Assembly (NCBI RefSeq): GCF_001194135.2 | Contig: NC_069003.1 | Span: 26,629,860-26,693,859, forward strand | Source: Octopus bimaculoides | Taxonomy: Eukaryota | Direction: 5' to 3' | Length of the DNA stretch: 64,000 nt | Part shown: in pieces, positions 1 through 11,060 of the stretch | How positions within the stretch are numbered: the stretch's first letter is position 1 | Layout of the letters: every line of letters begins with the position of its first letter | The notes under the pieces: model-generated | Told to the model about the DNA's origin: nothing | Databases searched by the model: none | The model's input: the letters and a program-made list of their open reading frames with translations, nothing else | Translations under genes and position numbers: made by a program

Positions 1-1
1 A

Positions 2-135
2 AGAAGAGGGAAATATCATCACACTTCTATCAACAACTTGATCGCAGAAGCTGGCCTGGAATGTATCGAAGACCTCAAGGTAGTGATGTTGGACCGGGAA
101 GTGTAGTGGGTGGACATTGTTGTTGTGGCCTAGAT
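2..135 (+). mobile_element. 3' remnant of an RTE-like LINE
   Basis: Frame 2 reads RRGKYHHTSINNLIAEAGLECIEDLKVVMLDREV*, resembling the degenerate C-terminus of RTE-type LINE ORFs; followed by a short AAT-rich tail. Confidence 0.4.
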
Positions 136-242
136 TGGAACCCGGTCATGATAAATAATAATCAGTGGAAGTTGACAGACTTCATGTGGTTTTTAATAGC
201 TAAAACGTGTCTTCGACATTATTCTTATTTTAGTTTCAATAT

Positions 243-632
243 GGCGTAGGAGTTGCTGTGTGGTAAGTAGCTTGCTTACCAACCACATGGTTCCGAGTTC
301 AGTCCCACTGCGTGGCACCTTCAGCAAGTGTCTTCTACTATAGTCTCGGGTCGACCAAAGCCTTGTGAGTGGATTTGGTAGATGGAAACTGAAAGAAGCC
401 CGTCGTATATATGTATGTGTATATGTTTGTGTGTCTGTGTTTCTCCCCCCTCCCCAACATCGCTTGACAACCGATGCTGGTGTGTTTACGTCCCCGTAAC
501 TTAGCAGTTCAGTAAAAGAGACCGATAGAATAAGTACTAGGCTTACAAAGAATAAGTCCTGGGGTCGATTAGCTCGACTAAAAGGTGGTGCTCCAGCATG
601 GCCAAAGTCAAATGACTAAAACAAGTAAAAGA
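243..632 (+). mobile_element. tRNA-derived SINE, dominant family of the window (similar to the OK/OR-type octopus SINEs); representative copy
   Basis: Head GGCG(T/C)AGGAGTGGCTGTGTGGTAAG...GGTTC(C/T)GAGTTCAGTCCC (A/B-box like), central (AT/GT)n, and 3' half ending GTCAAATGACT(G/A)AAACAAGTAAAAGAG. Near-identical copies at about 4060-4490(-), 9525-9938(+), 14545-14918(+), 15337-15730(+), 18590-19150(-), 37133-37580(-), 42972-43377(+), 59905-60470(+), and many partial copies. Confidence 0.85.
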
Positions 633-706
633 GTAAAAGAGAAAGAGTATGTGTTGTCAGGACAAATCGCTTGCCTGGCAATTAGATCTCCAAATTAATA
701 AAAATG

Positions 707-740
<34 letters not shown>

Positions 741-1349
741 CAATGTGAATGCATCTATGACGCAGTCCTCTAGATACAGAAGAACTTCCAACTAGGGCCA
801 ATCAAGGAACCTCACAGATTCACAATCACTCTGTCCATCAAGGGCACAAGCCCTCACATAGCTGATATCCTCCAATCTGCAGGTGCATGTTCAGAGTAAA
901 ACCATTTTTGTCACAGTCATCTTCCGACAAATTCACTGGGAGAGGCATTTAAAAATAGTTTTAAAAAAATGAACAAAAACACAGTCCGTAAATAGACTGT
1001 ATATAATTTGATAAGTCAACACTAATGCATCTGGTATTGCTGAACTCATATAACAAGTTGGGTTAATATAAATATTTACAGATGTATCCAACCTATACCA
1101 TAACATAGCATGGTGCAGTGGTTGTGAGTTCAATTCCCAGACCGAGCTGTGTGTTGTGTTCTTGAGCAAGACACTTTATTTCATACTGCTCCAGTTCACT
1201 CAGCTCTAAAAATGAGTTGCAGTGTCACTGGCACCAAACTGTATCGACTTTTGTCTTTTCTTTGGACAACATTGGTGGCGTGGAAGAAGATAGACTGGTA
1301 TCCATGGGCAACTGCTGGTTTTCTTCCACAAAACAGCCTTTTATTTTCT

Positions 1350-1560
1350 ACTCTAGGCACAAGGCTCGAAATTTTGGGGGAGGGGGAGGTGGCAGTCGAT
1401 TAGGTCGACCCAGTACATAACTGGTACTTAATTTATCAACCCCGAAAGGATGAAAGGCAAAGTCAACCTCGGCGGAATTTGAACTCAGAACATAAAGATA
1501 GATGAAATACCGCTAAGCATTTCACCCAGCGTGCTAACGTTTCTGCCAGTTCACCACCTT
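1350..1560 (+). mobile_element. Second SINE family, 3' portion (CTGGTACTTAATTTATCGACCCCGAAAGGATGAAAGGCAAAGTC...GAATTTGAACTCAGAAC); representative copy
   Basis: The same block recurs at about 6770-6930, 18000-18160, 34620-34780, 39960-40130, 43590-43880, 46290-46410(-), 50600-50770(-) and 54200-54340(-). Confidence 0.75.
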
Positions 1561-2331
1561 GCCCAGACTTGTGCCTCGGAGGGGGTACTTTCTAAGTATA
1601 ATCCCATGGTCATTTGTAACCAAAAGGGTTCTTACCCATTACCATCTCATTTACAAACTCAGCTTTCCTCACACTAAACCCTTTTATTTTACTCTTTATT
1701 AGTTTACATTTTTACTTCTTTGACATTCTGAATACTGCTGTTATCCCCACTTCCATTTGTCTCACTTTTAGCCCCCCCCCCNNNNNNNNNNGTCCCAATC
1801 CTTCTCCTATAATCCCACTGAAACTTTGTTCTGATTTGCATATTGCCTCCAATCACAGATCCATGCCAATCTCAAATCTCATCAATATCCCAGTGACTAT
1901 CTCTGATCGACCTACAACCTCCCTTGCTTCTGTAACTTTCATGGCCATTTTAACTATATAACTGTCCTTTTTAGTACATTGCAGAAATATCTACACACGT
2001 TTAGAAAAAAACAAAAAAAACCCTGTAAGAAGTTGCTCCAGCATTGGCACAAGCCAATGACTGAAACAAAAGACACACACACACACACATTAATTATTAA
2101 TTCACTAAGTGGCATATTTCAATGATTTTTAAATGTCAGACAAAGTGTCTCTTGTGTTTTACTCACTGCTGTGATTTTTTCTTTTCTATATATAATGGAA
2201 AACACACTTGGAGAGACATAAAGAAAAAAACAAAAAAGCTATTATCTCCTTTATTGTCCATGGACAGAATAATAAACAGACTTATGTTTACAATTGCTTA
2301 GTGTGTGATCACTGCACATAAATCCCAGAGA

Positions 2332-2478
2332 TGGCTAGAACAAGATTTATAAGATATATACAGAAACGACATCCTAACCATCTGTACAGGAGTCAATGGG
2401 CACACACTAGATAGACTTACAAAGGACCTTGTTAAGACCCTAGGCTCAATGGGACTCAAGATCATAACCACACAACCT
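2332..2478 (+). mobile_element. Decayed Penelope-like reverse transcriptase fragment
   Basis: Translates DIYRNDILTICTGVNGHTLDRLTKDLVKTLGSMGLKIITT, matching the pattern LYRDDGL...G...DR..K.I.K.F...GLKIT around the catalytic YxDD of Penelope-like RTs; the motif is mutated (YRND) and an in-frame stop precedes it. Confidence 0.5.
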
Positions 2479-5400
2479 TCATAAACCATTAATCCCCACT
2501 GCCATAAGCTTGATGGCAATGAGTGATAGTCAGTTTAATCATTGGTGATTAAATCATAAAGCTGGCCTCCAAGAGGAGCGAAACTTAGGACACAGAAAGT
2601 AAATACTGAAACACATTGCAACCAGCATTCTACTATTTCATCCCCTTCTACACCAGTGGTTCTCAAAGTGGGCAGTATTGCTTCCCTGGGTGCGGTAGAA
2701 AGTTCCAAGGGGGCGTTGAAGAAAAGTGGGGTGATAATGGGGTAGTGATTCATGTAAAAAGTGGGGGCAATAAGGAGGCGATTAATGTAAAAAAAACAAA
2801 ATAATGGCTTCGTTAGGTTAGGTTTTCTTTGTGAAATACAGTTGCTTCAAATCTGCTTCAGAAAGAAGTCAATGTTTGTGAGGGTTAGTTGGGGTGGGGG
2901 CACTAGGAATGTGGCCTGGGTGTCAAGGGGCAGCAGCCCAAAAAACAGTTTGGGAACCACTGCTTTACATCATCTTTGTTGTATCGACGCCCCCAGGCGA
3001 AGAAGTAGGATCTCCCAAGACATATAAATAGAGGTAGTTTGGCCATGGTAGGAGTGTCGAGTAGCAGTTGTGTAGCGGTTGAGTAGAGATCATCCGAAGG
3101 TGCCAGATAGCAGTAGCTTGAGACATAACAATCTTAAAGAATTAATATTAAATAAAGCATGGAGAGTAGTGCCAAAAGCAAAAAAACAAACAAAAAACAA
3201 AAAAGAAAATCTAGAAAAGTCTATTTGAAATTAGAAGTTATTAATCTATCTCAATTTGGATTCCAAAATCATTAGTAATTAAGGATAAACTGTAATTAGT
3301 GAGAAATGGAAGCAGCAACAGAGATAGAATTACAGACCCTCTCTATCTCTTTCTATCACACACACAAGCGTACAAACACTTGTATATGTACAATGTGTAT
3401 GTGTGTGTATATATGCATGTATGTATGTGTGTCTATGTATATATATATATATATATATATACATACATGCACACACGTTATGAGAAACACTTCAACATCT
3501 GGTCCCCTAGGTTAAACAAGGTCAAACTGATAGCACTTTTTTCTCCATATATTTCATGTTATTTACTTGGGATAAAAATCTAGTCTGTACCGATTCCATT
3601 TAGCCGTGACACATGAACAGTGAACAGGGGCAGTACCAATATATTTCACTTGACAAGCTAGAATATATTTCAGAGAGTAGACATGATAAAGAAAGACAGA
3701 AAGAAAGAGAGAAAGGAAAGAAGATAAGGAAACATGGCAAGACTGTGTGGGTTACAAATGTCAACATTTAATGTTGCTTTCACAGAAAATTGTTCAGGGT
3801 CTATTAGAGAATACACAATGGGTGACTTGGGTATGAAGTGGCGGGGNNNNNNNNNNNNNNNNAAAAAAAAAAAAAAAAAAAAAAAACTTCAGTGCAGGCA
3901 TGGTTGTGTGGTAAGAAGCTTGCTTCCCAACCACATAGTTCTGGGTTCAGTTCTACTGTGTGGCACCTTGGGCAAGTGTCTTCTACAATTAGTCTTGGGC
4001 TGACCAAAGCCTTGTGAGTGGATTTGGTAGACAGATACTGAAAGGAATCCATCGCATATACTCTTTACTCTTTTACTTGTTTCAGTCATTTGACTGTGGC
4101 CATGCTGTAGTACCACCTTTAGATGAACAAATTGACCCCAGGATTTATTCTTTGTAAGCCTAGTACTTATTCTATCGGTGTCTCTTTTGCCGAAACGCTA
4201 AATTACGGGGACGTAAACATACTAGCATTGGTTGTCAAGCGATGTTGGGGGAACAAACACAGACACACAAACATATACACACACACATACATATATATAT
4301 ATATACATACATACATACATATATACGACGGGCTTCTTTCAGTTTCCGTCTGCCAAATCCACTCACAAGGCTTTGGTTGGCCCGAGGCTATAGTAGAAGA
4401 CACTTGCGCAAAGATTCACGCAGTGGGACTGAAACCGGAACCATGTGGTTTGTAAGCAAGCTTCTTACCATAGAGCCACTGCTATGCCTATATATANNNN
4501 NNNNNNNNNNNNNNNNNNNNNNNNNNNNNNNNNNNNNNNNNNNNNNNNNNNNNNNNNNNNNNNNNNNNNNNNNNNNNNNNNNNNNNNNNNNNNNNNNNNN
4601 NNNNNNNNNNNNNNNNNNNNNNNNNNNNNNNNNNNNNNNNNNNNNNNNNNNNNNNNNNNNNNNNNNNNNNNNNNNNNNNNNNNNNNNNNNNNNNNNNNNN
4701 NNNNNNNNNNNNNNNNNNNNNNNNNNNNNNNNNNNNNNNNNNNNNNNNNNNNNNNNNNNNNNNNNNNNNNNNNNNNNNNNNNNNNNNNNNNNNNNNNNNN
4801 NNNNNNNNNNNNNNNNNNNNNNNNNNNNNNNNNNNNNNNNNNNNNNNNNNNNNNNNNNNNNNNNNNNNNNNNNNNNNNNNNNNNNNNNNNNNNNNNNNNN
4901 NNNNNNNNNNNNNNNNNNNNNNNNNNNNNNNNNNNNNNNNNNNNNNNNNNNNNNNNNNNNNNNNNNNNNNNNNNNNNNNNNNNNNNNNNNNNNNNNNNNN
5001 NNNNNNNNNNNNNNNNNNNNNNNNNNNNNNNNNNNNNNNNNNNNNNNNNNNNNNNNNNNNNNNNNNNNNNNNNNNNNNNNNNNNNNNNNNNNNNNNNNNN
5101 NNNNNNNNNNNNNNNNNNNNNNNNNNNNNNNNNNNNNNNNNNNNNNNNNNNNNNNNNNNNNNNNNNNNNNNNNNNNNNNNNNNNNNNNNNNNNNNNNNNN
5201 NNNNNNNNNNNNNNNNNNNNNNNNGGCAGTGACGATAGTGGTGTTGGTGGTGGTGGTAGCTGAGGCAGTCAAGTATGACAGGTGATAGTAAGGGATGTGA
5301 AAGACAGTGGTGATGGTGGTGAAGGGGAAGGCGGCGAAGTCAAAGGTGTTGATGTTGGTGGCGTCAGAAGTCTGAATGGTATGTGTATGGCAGTGGTGGT

Positions 5401-5807
5401 GATGGTGATGGTTGGAAACAATCAAAAGAAAGAAAGAGAGAGAGAGAGAGAGGGAGTTGGTGTCTCCTTGTCTTGATAATGCGTGATTGTTGTAAATGAG
5501 TATCACTGTCATACAAGCAGTGCCTGTTTCCAAATATCTGTGGAAACATGTCCAGGTTTGGGGGAAATATTTCCTTACTTGGAAACAGGTGAGGGTTGGC
5601 AACAGGGAGGGCATCCAGCCATGGAAAATCTCCCTCAACAAATTCCATCTCAACCATGCAACCATGGAAAAGTGAACATTAAAAACAATACGATGATGAC
5701 GATGAACTTTCTCTATGACTCCATGGTCTTTTGCCAACATAAGAAATCATAGCTGTTTTTATTGAATAGCTGCAATTAGTTCTGATTGAATATATTATAT
5801 AGTATGC

Positions 5808-5843
<36 letters not shown>

Positions 5844-5893
5844 TCTACTTTACTTCAGTGTCAGCTAACACCACCACTCTAGAATGGATTCTA

Positions 5894-6122
5894 CTGGGTT
5901 GTCCGGAAAGTTTGTGCCGATTTTTTAAAGGAAAGAGAAAGGTCAATAAATACTTGCCATTACATTTTTAATCAACCAAATATGAACCATTTTGTTGCAC
6001 AATGCATCTCCATCTTTCCTTTAACTTAAAAATACCTTCTTCTCAGAATTGAGGTGGTTTCATGGCAAATAAGTCGAAAGGTAAGCTACTATAAATCGGC
6101 ATGAACTTTCCGGACAACCCAA
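5894..6122 (-). mobile_element. mariner-derived MITE
   Basis: Terminal inverted repeats TGGGTTGTCCGGAAAGTT..GTGCCGATTT / AAATCGGCATGAACTTTCCGGACAACCCA. The interior is a remnant of a mariner transposase C-terminus. A second copy lies at 56715-56943. Confidence 0.8.
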
Positions 6123-8577
6123 AACATATACACACACACATACATATATACGACAGGTTTCTTTCAGTTTCCGTCTACCAAATCCATTCACAAGGCTTTG
6201 GTCGGCCCAAGACATTTTCCCCATCATCGCTCGACAACCGATGTTGGCATGTTTATGTTCACATAACTTAATCTACCAGCAAAAGAGACTGATAGATTAA
6301 GTACCAGGTTTACAAAGAAGAAGTCTTGGCGGGGGGGCGATTTGTTCGACTAAACGCCGTGCTCCAGCATGGCCGCAGTCAAATGACTGAAACAAGTAAA
6401 AGAATAAAAGAAGTACACCGAGAAAACCAATTTTTTATTGGTGCACAACTGTGTCAGTCATTAGTTCATAGATGTGCAACAAAACTCCTTGACATTTTAT
6501 AGTACATGGTACCATAAAAGACAAACCAAGAGAGAATGTCACAGGATTTGTGAGTTTACAAATAACTTGAATGGCACTTATCACGTAATAGTTGCATGTA
6601 TGTTGGTGTATGTACATCCATAGCTGCGCTGTTAAGAAGCTTAGTAACAAATCAGTTGGTTTTTGGGTTGACTCTCACAGCACCTTGGATAAGGAGCTTC
6701 TTATTTCTTTATTGCCCACAAGGAACTAAACAGAGGGGACAAACAAGGACAGACAAAGGGGTTAAGTCGATTAGATCGACCCCAGTGCATAACTGGTACT
6801 TAATTTATCGACCCCAAAAGGATGAAAGGCAAAGTCAACCTCGGCGGAATTTGAACTCAGAACGTAACAGCAGACGAAATACCGCTAAGCATTTTGCCCG
6901 GCGTGCTAACGTTTCTGCCAGCTCACCGCCTTGGATAAGGAGTTTCTACTATAGTCTGTCCTGAGTTGACCAAAACCTCATGAGTGGATTTTGGTTGAAG
7001 GAAATCAAAAGAAGCTTGCTGTGTGTGTGATGTGTTCAAACATGTTTGTGTGTTTGTGCTTGCTTACATTTGCACTTCTCTAAGACTTGTTCAGCTCTAA
7101 GTAATGTTACAGTTTGTCCAGTCAAGAAATCCTCCACTAGTTTTTGCACCTTTGAAGATATGTGAAACAAGAGACTCCCTCACTTTGTGAGTTAGTGACA
7201 GGATGGGCATCCAGCTGTAAAACAATGCCTCAATAACATATTCATATAAATTATGATAGCAAAGGAAAACAGAGGCAAAAATGCATGTGTGTGTGTGTGT
7301 CCACATGGTTTCAGGTCCAACCTCATTGCATAGTACCTTAGGCAATTGTCTTCTGCTGGAAGACAAAGCCTTGTGTGTGGATTTATTAGATGAAAACTGT
7401 AAGAAGCCCATTGTATGCAAATGCGCACATACATATATGAGTATATGTATGTGACATCATGTGGTAATTGTAAATAACTATTGCTGTTGTACAAGCAATG
7501 GCCATCATTTCCAAACCTCTGTGAAAATATGCCTGGCCATGGGAAATATTATCTTGCATGGTGAGAGTTGGTGACAGGAAGGGCATCCAGCCACAGAAAA
7601 CTTGCCTCAATGAACTCTGTCTGACCCAACACACATACACACATTGCAAAGTGTAGAAAGGCATCTATAGAGACCAAACTAAAGCAGACACTAGAACATT
7701 ATAGAGCACTTCTTACATCCATTGAATTCTAATCAAACCATCCAACCAATGCTGTCATGGAACATAGGCATTTAAACAATGATGATGGAGGCAGTATATC
7801 TGGGTAATTTATTCTTTAAATGATTCTATGTCCTTACAACACCCTATTCACAATATTTTACATTTAATCAAGTGGTTCCTCCATCACTATTTTAACAAAT
7901 ACAGTGAAGTCTATGCATTGCTAATGAGGTCAAAATAAGACCAAACCATGCACAAAATTGTCTCCCATATTTGCTGACTTAATTAAAACAATATTAGCAT
8001 TTCTGATAAGTTATTCAATGCTCACTGTCTTCCGTAATGTTAACACAAGCAAAACAATTTCACAGACAGACAGATAAGGCATTGTGTCTAAGTAAGAAAT
8101 ACTAGATGTTAGATGTACTGTTACTGCCAGTAAGTGAAGTTTAAGTAGACATTTGATACAGAGACAACAACTGATGTTAGGTGGTACATTGCTGATTTTG
8201 AACACCCAGATATGTAACACTTCACAGTCTAACGTAAGGACCGCCCGAGCCTGGCAATGTTTGATGTAGATTCACTTGTATGACAAGATGACAGAAATAG
8301 CAACCTATTTTCCTACAAATTACACCTGACTGTCTTAAAAATGGATGGACACATTAGATAATGTAGCTTTTTCTTTTCTTTCTTTTTTATTTGTTTCAGT
8401 CAATATATATGACGGGTTTCTTTCAGTTTCCGTCTACCAAATTCACTCACAAGGCTTTGGTTGGCCCAAGGCTATATATAGTAGAAGACACTTGCCCAAG
8501 ATGCCAGGCAGTGGGACTGAACCCAGAACCATGTAGCTGAATGGAAGAAAACCCTGAAATATCGAGGCCTGACAGTG

Positions 8578-8750
8578 AACTATCTCTTCCAGCCTGTGAC
8601 GTTTGAGACGTTTAGAGGGACTGGGCCACTAACTGTGAAGTTTTGTGTCAGCTCGCCTCACCGAGGTGTCAGGTGATGCCTGTGAGGTTGCTAGGCGTTC
8701 CCAATGCCTTAGCCTCACTCGTGGTAAAGCTGCGAGCATGCTCTGTAGGT
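8578..8750 (+). mobile_element. Remnant of restriction-like endonuclease region of an R2/CRE-type non-LTR element
   Basis: YLFQPVTFETFRGTGPLTVKF resembles the F.P.A.ET.G..G....F motif of RLE-clade C-termini; frameshifted and degenerate. Confidence 0.35.
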
Positions 8751-10995
8751 TCCATTAAACCTTGTGGTGTGCGACCAGTTGCTGTGATAGAAAAAAAAAA
8801 AAAACCCCTCCCTACAAATGGTTTCAATACAGTTTTAATAGAAAGATTTGGAAGAATTTAAAAGAAAGCTCTCCGGTAATTTTCTTCCATGTAAATAAAT
8901 GTTTATATTTATTAAAAAATTTGCCAGCAAAATCTTATAAAATGACAATGTTCTGAAAGTTGTACATGTTTATAACAATTTAAAAATTAGATGTTATAAT
9001 TAAATTTTATGAGGAATCATATTAAAAAAAATTGTCAAAATATCTTGTGTAATGTAGAAGTATAACCAATTTACTGATTTCAAATTTTGACACAAGGCCA
9101 GTAATTCCAGGTAGGGTATATTACTTGAAGATTTGGCTGCAATTTCTAGCAGTTGAAGCAACCACTTAGAGGCACCCTTGTTTGTGTAATGTAATTAAAC
9201 AAACAAACACGACTGGAATGCCTCGGACAGGGTTAATCGGGGGAGGGGGGGCTAAACAACATTAACTCTAAATTTGGCAAACTGTAAGTGTACATTAATG
9301 CAGAAATCGGGAAAGTTCTCGATATGAAAATAACTTGTAGAATATTCCAAGGACCTATGAATTCTTAAAAGTAAAATACTGAGAATCAGCATAGCAATGT
9401 GACAAGGCTGGACATTTAAATTACAGGTATAAGCAATTCGACAGGCTTCCACACAGTTTCCATCAACTTTATTTCACTCACAATCTTTGGTTTGATCCCA
9501 GGCAATGATAAAAGACACTTACTCAAGGCGCAGGAGTGGCTGTGTGGTAAGTAGCTTGCTTACTAACCACATGGTTCTGGGTTCAGTCCCACTGCGTGGC
9601 ACCTTGGGCAAGTGTCTTCTACTATAGCCTCGGGCCGACCAAAGCCTTGTGAGTGGATTTGGTAGACGGAAACTGAAAGAAGCCCGTCGTAAATATATAT
9701 ATATATATATGTATGTATGTGTGTGTATATGTTTGTGTGTCAGTATTTGTCCTCCCAACTTCGCTTGACAGCCGTTGCTGGTGTGTTTACGTCCCCGTAA
9801 CTTAGCGGTTCGGCAAAAAGAGACCGATAGAATAAGTACTAGGTTTACAAAGAACAAGTCCTCGGGTCGATCTGCTCGACTAAAGGCGGTGCCCCAGCAT
9901 GGCCGCAGTCAAATGACTGGAACAAGTAAAAGAGTAAAGGTGCCATACGATGCCTTAACTGTCTGGCCATGCGAGATGGTTAAGGAGAGATATTAAACAG
10001 GATAATTACTAATGAGGAAAAGAGAGAAAGAGATTAATCAATTAATCCAATTTATTGAATAACCTTGGGATAAATACAGCTGAAGTTGATAGAGAAGTGC
10101 GTGTGTTAGGGGGTGGTGTGTGTTGTATTGTTTATCATGTGTGCTACGTGTGTTGTGTATGGTCTTGTGCTTAATGTAGTGTGACGTGTATGTGTTTTGT
10201 GATAGTTAGGGTATAGGAGGGGACGGAAAAAGACGAATTTTCAAAAATACTTTAAAACACAATAAATTTAAGTATATGTGGAGACATTCATGTCTTTCTC
10301 AACATCATAAAGATGGATACGATAGCATCTAATTTCAATAAGGCTTCTTTCTACCGCATAGATTCAGGAAGAACTGGGGGTAGTGGATGAGCCATTTTTA
10401 ATTCGCAGTTGCAGCCATTATCTCTTCTGTTAGAAAAAAACCCCAACAAAAACTCGACACTCCATTCAGTCCGTAACCTAAAGTAACTGGTAAATTTAAA
10501 TTTACTGAGTAATCAAACAAACAACATACACCATCGTAGATGTCTCTACATAGTTCGACATAGTAGAAACAGTATCTAAACCTTTCTTCAGATAATACTT
10601 TACAACCCGAAAAGAGTGAAAGATACACAACATTCTGTCGTCCTAGATATGGCATACCTACACAAATGTGCCCCGAAGGTTTTGTTTGCTCGTAACTTTC
10701 AGATGGTGTAGTATATGATCATATCGGAAGTTGTGAAAAATTTTTTTTACAGAGGGAGAGGTGGGGTTTCGGATAATCCACACAAATCGACTTTGTTTCC
10801 TCACAATTTTCAGAAAAATGGATATTCTTTTGATGAAATGTCTTACAGATACTATTCTGATCCATATATATATATTTTAATTTTCAAAGTCTGGTACTTA
10901 TTATATCGGATCCTTTAGTTGAACTGCTAAAGTACGGAGATGTAAATAAACCAACACCAGTTATTAAGCGTTTGGGACAGGGGACACACACAGAC

Positions 10996-11060
<65 letters not shown>

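Noticed and set aside
243-330. tRNA-like sequences at SINE heads (also 15825-15890, 37833-37890, 40735-40790, 48765-48815)
   Set aside because: They have A/B boxes but no complete cloverleaf or acceptor stem, and they continue into repeat bodies; these are SINE promoters, not tRNA genes.
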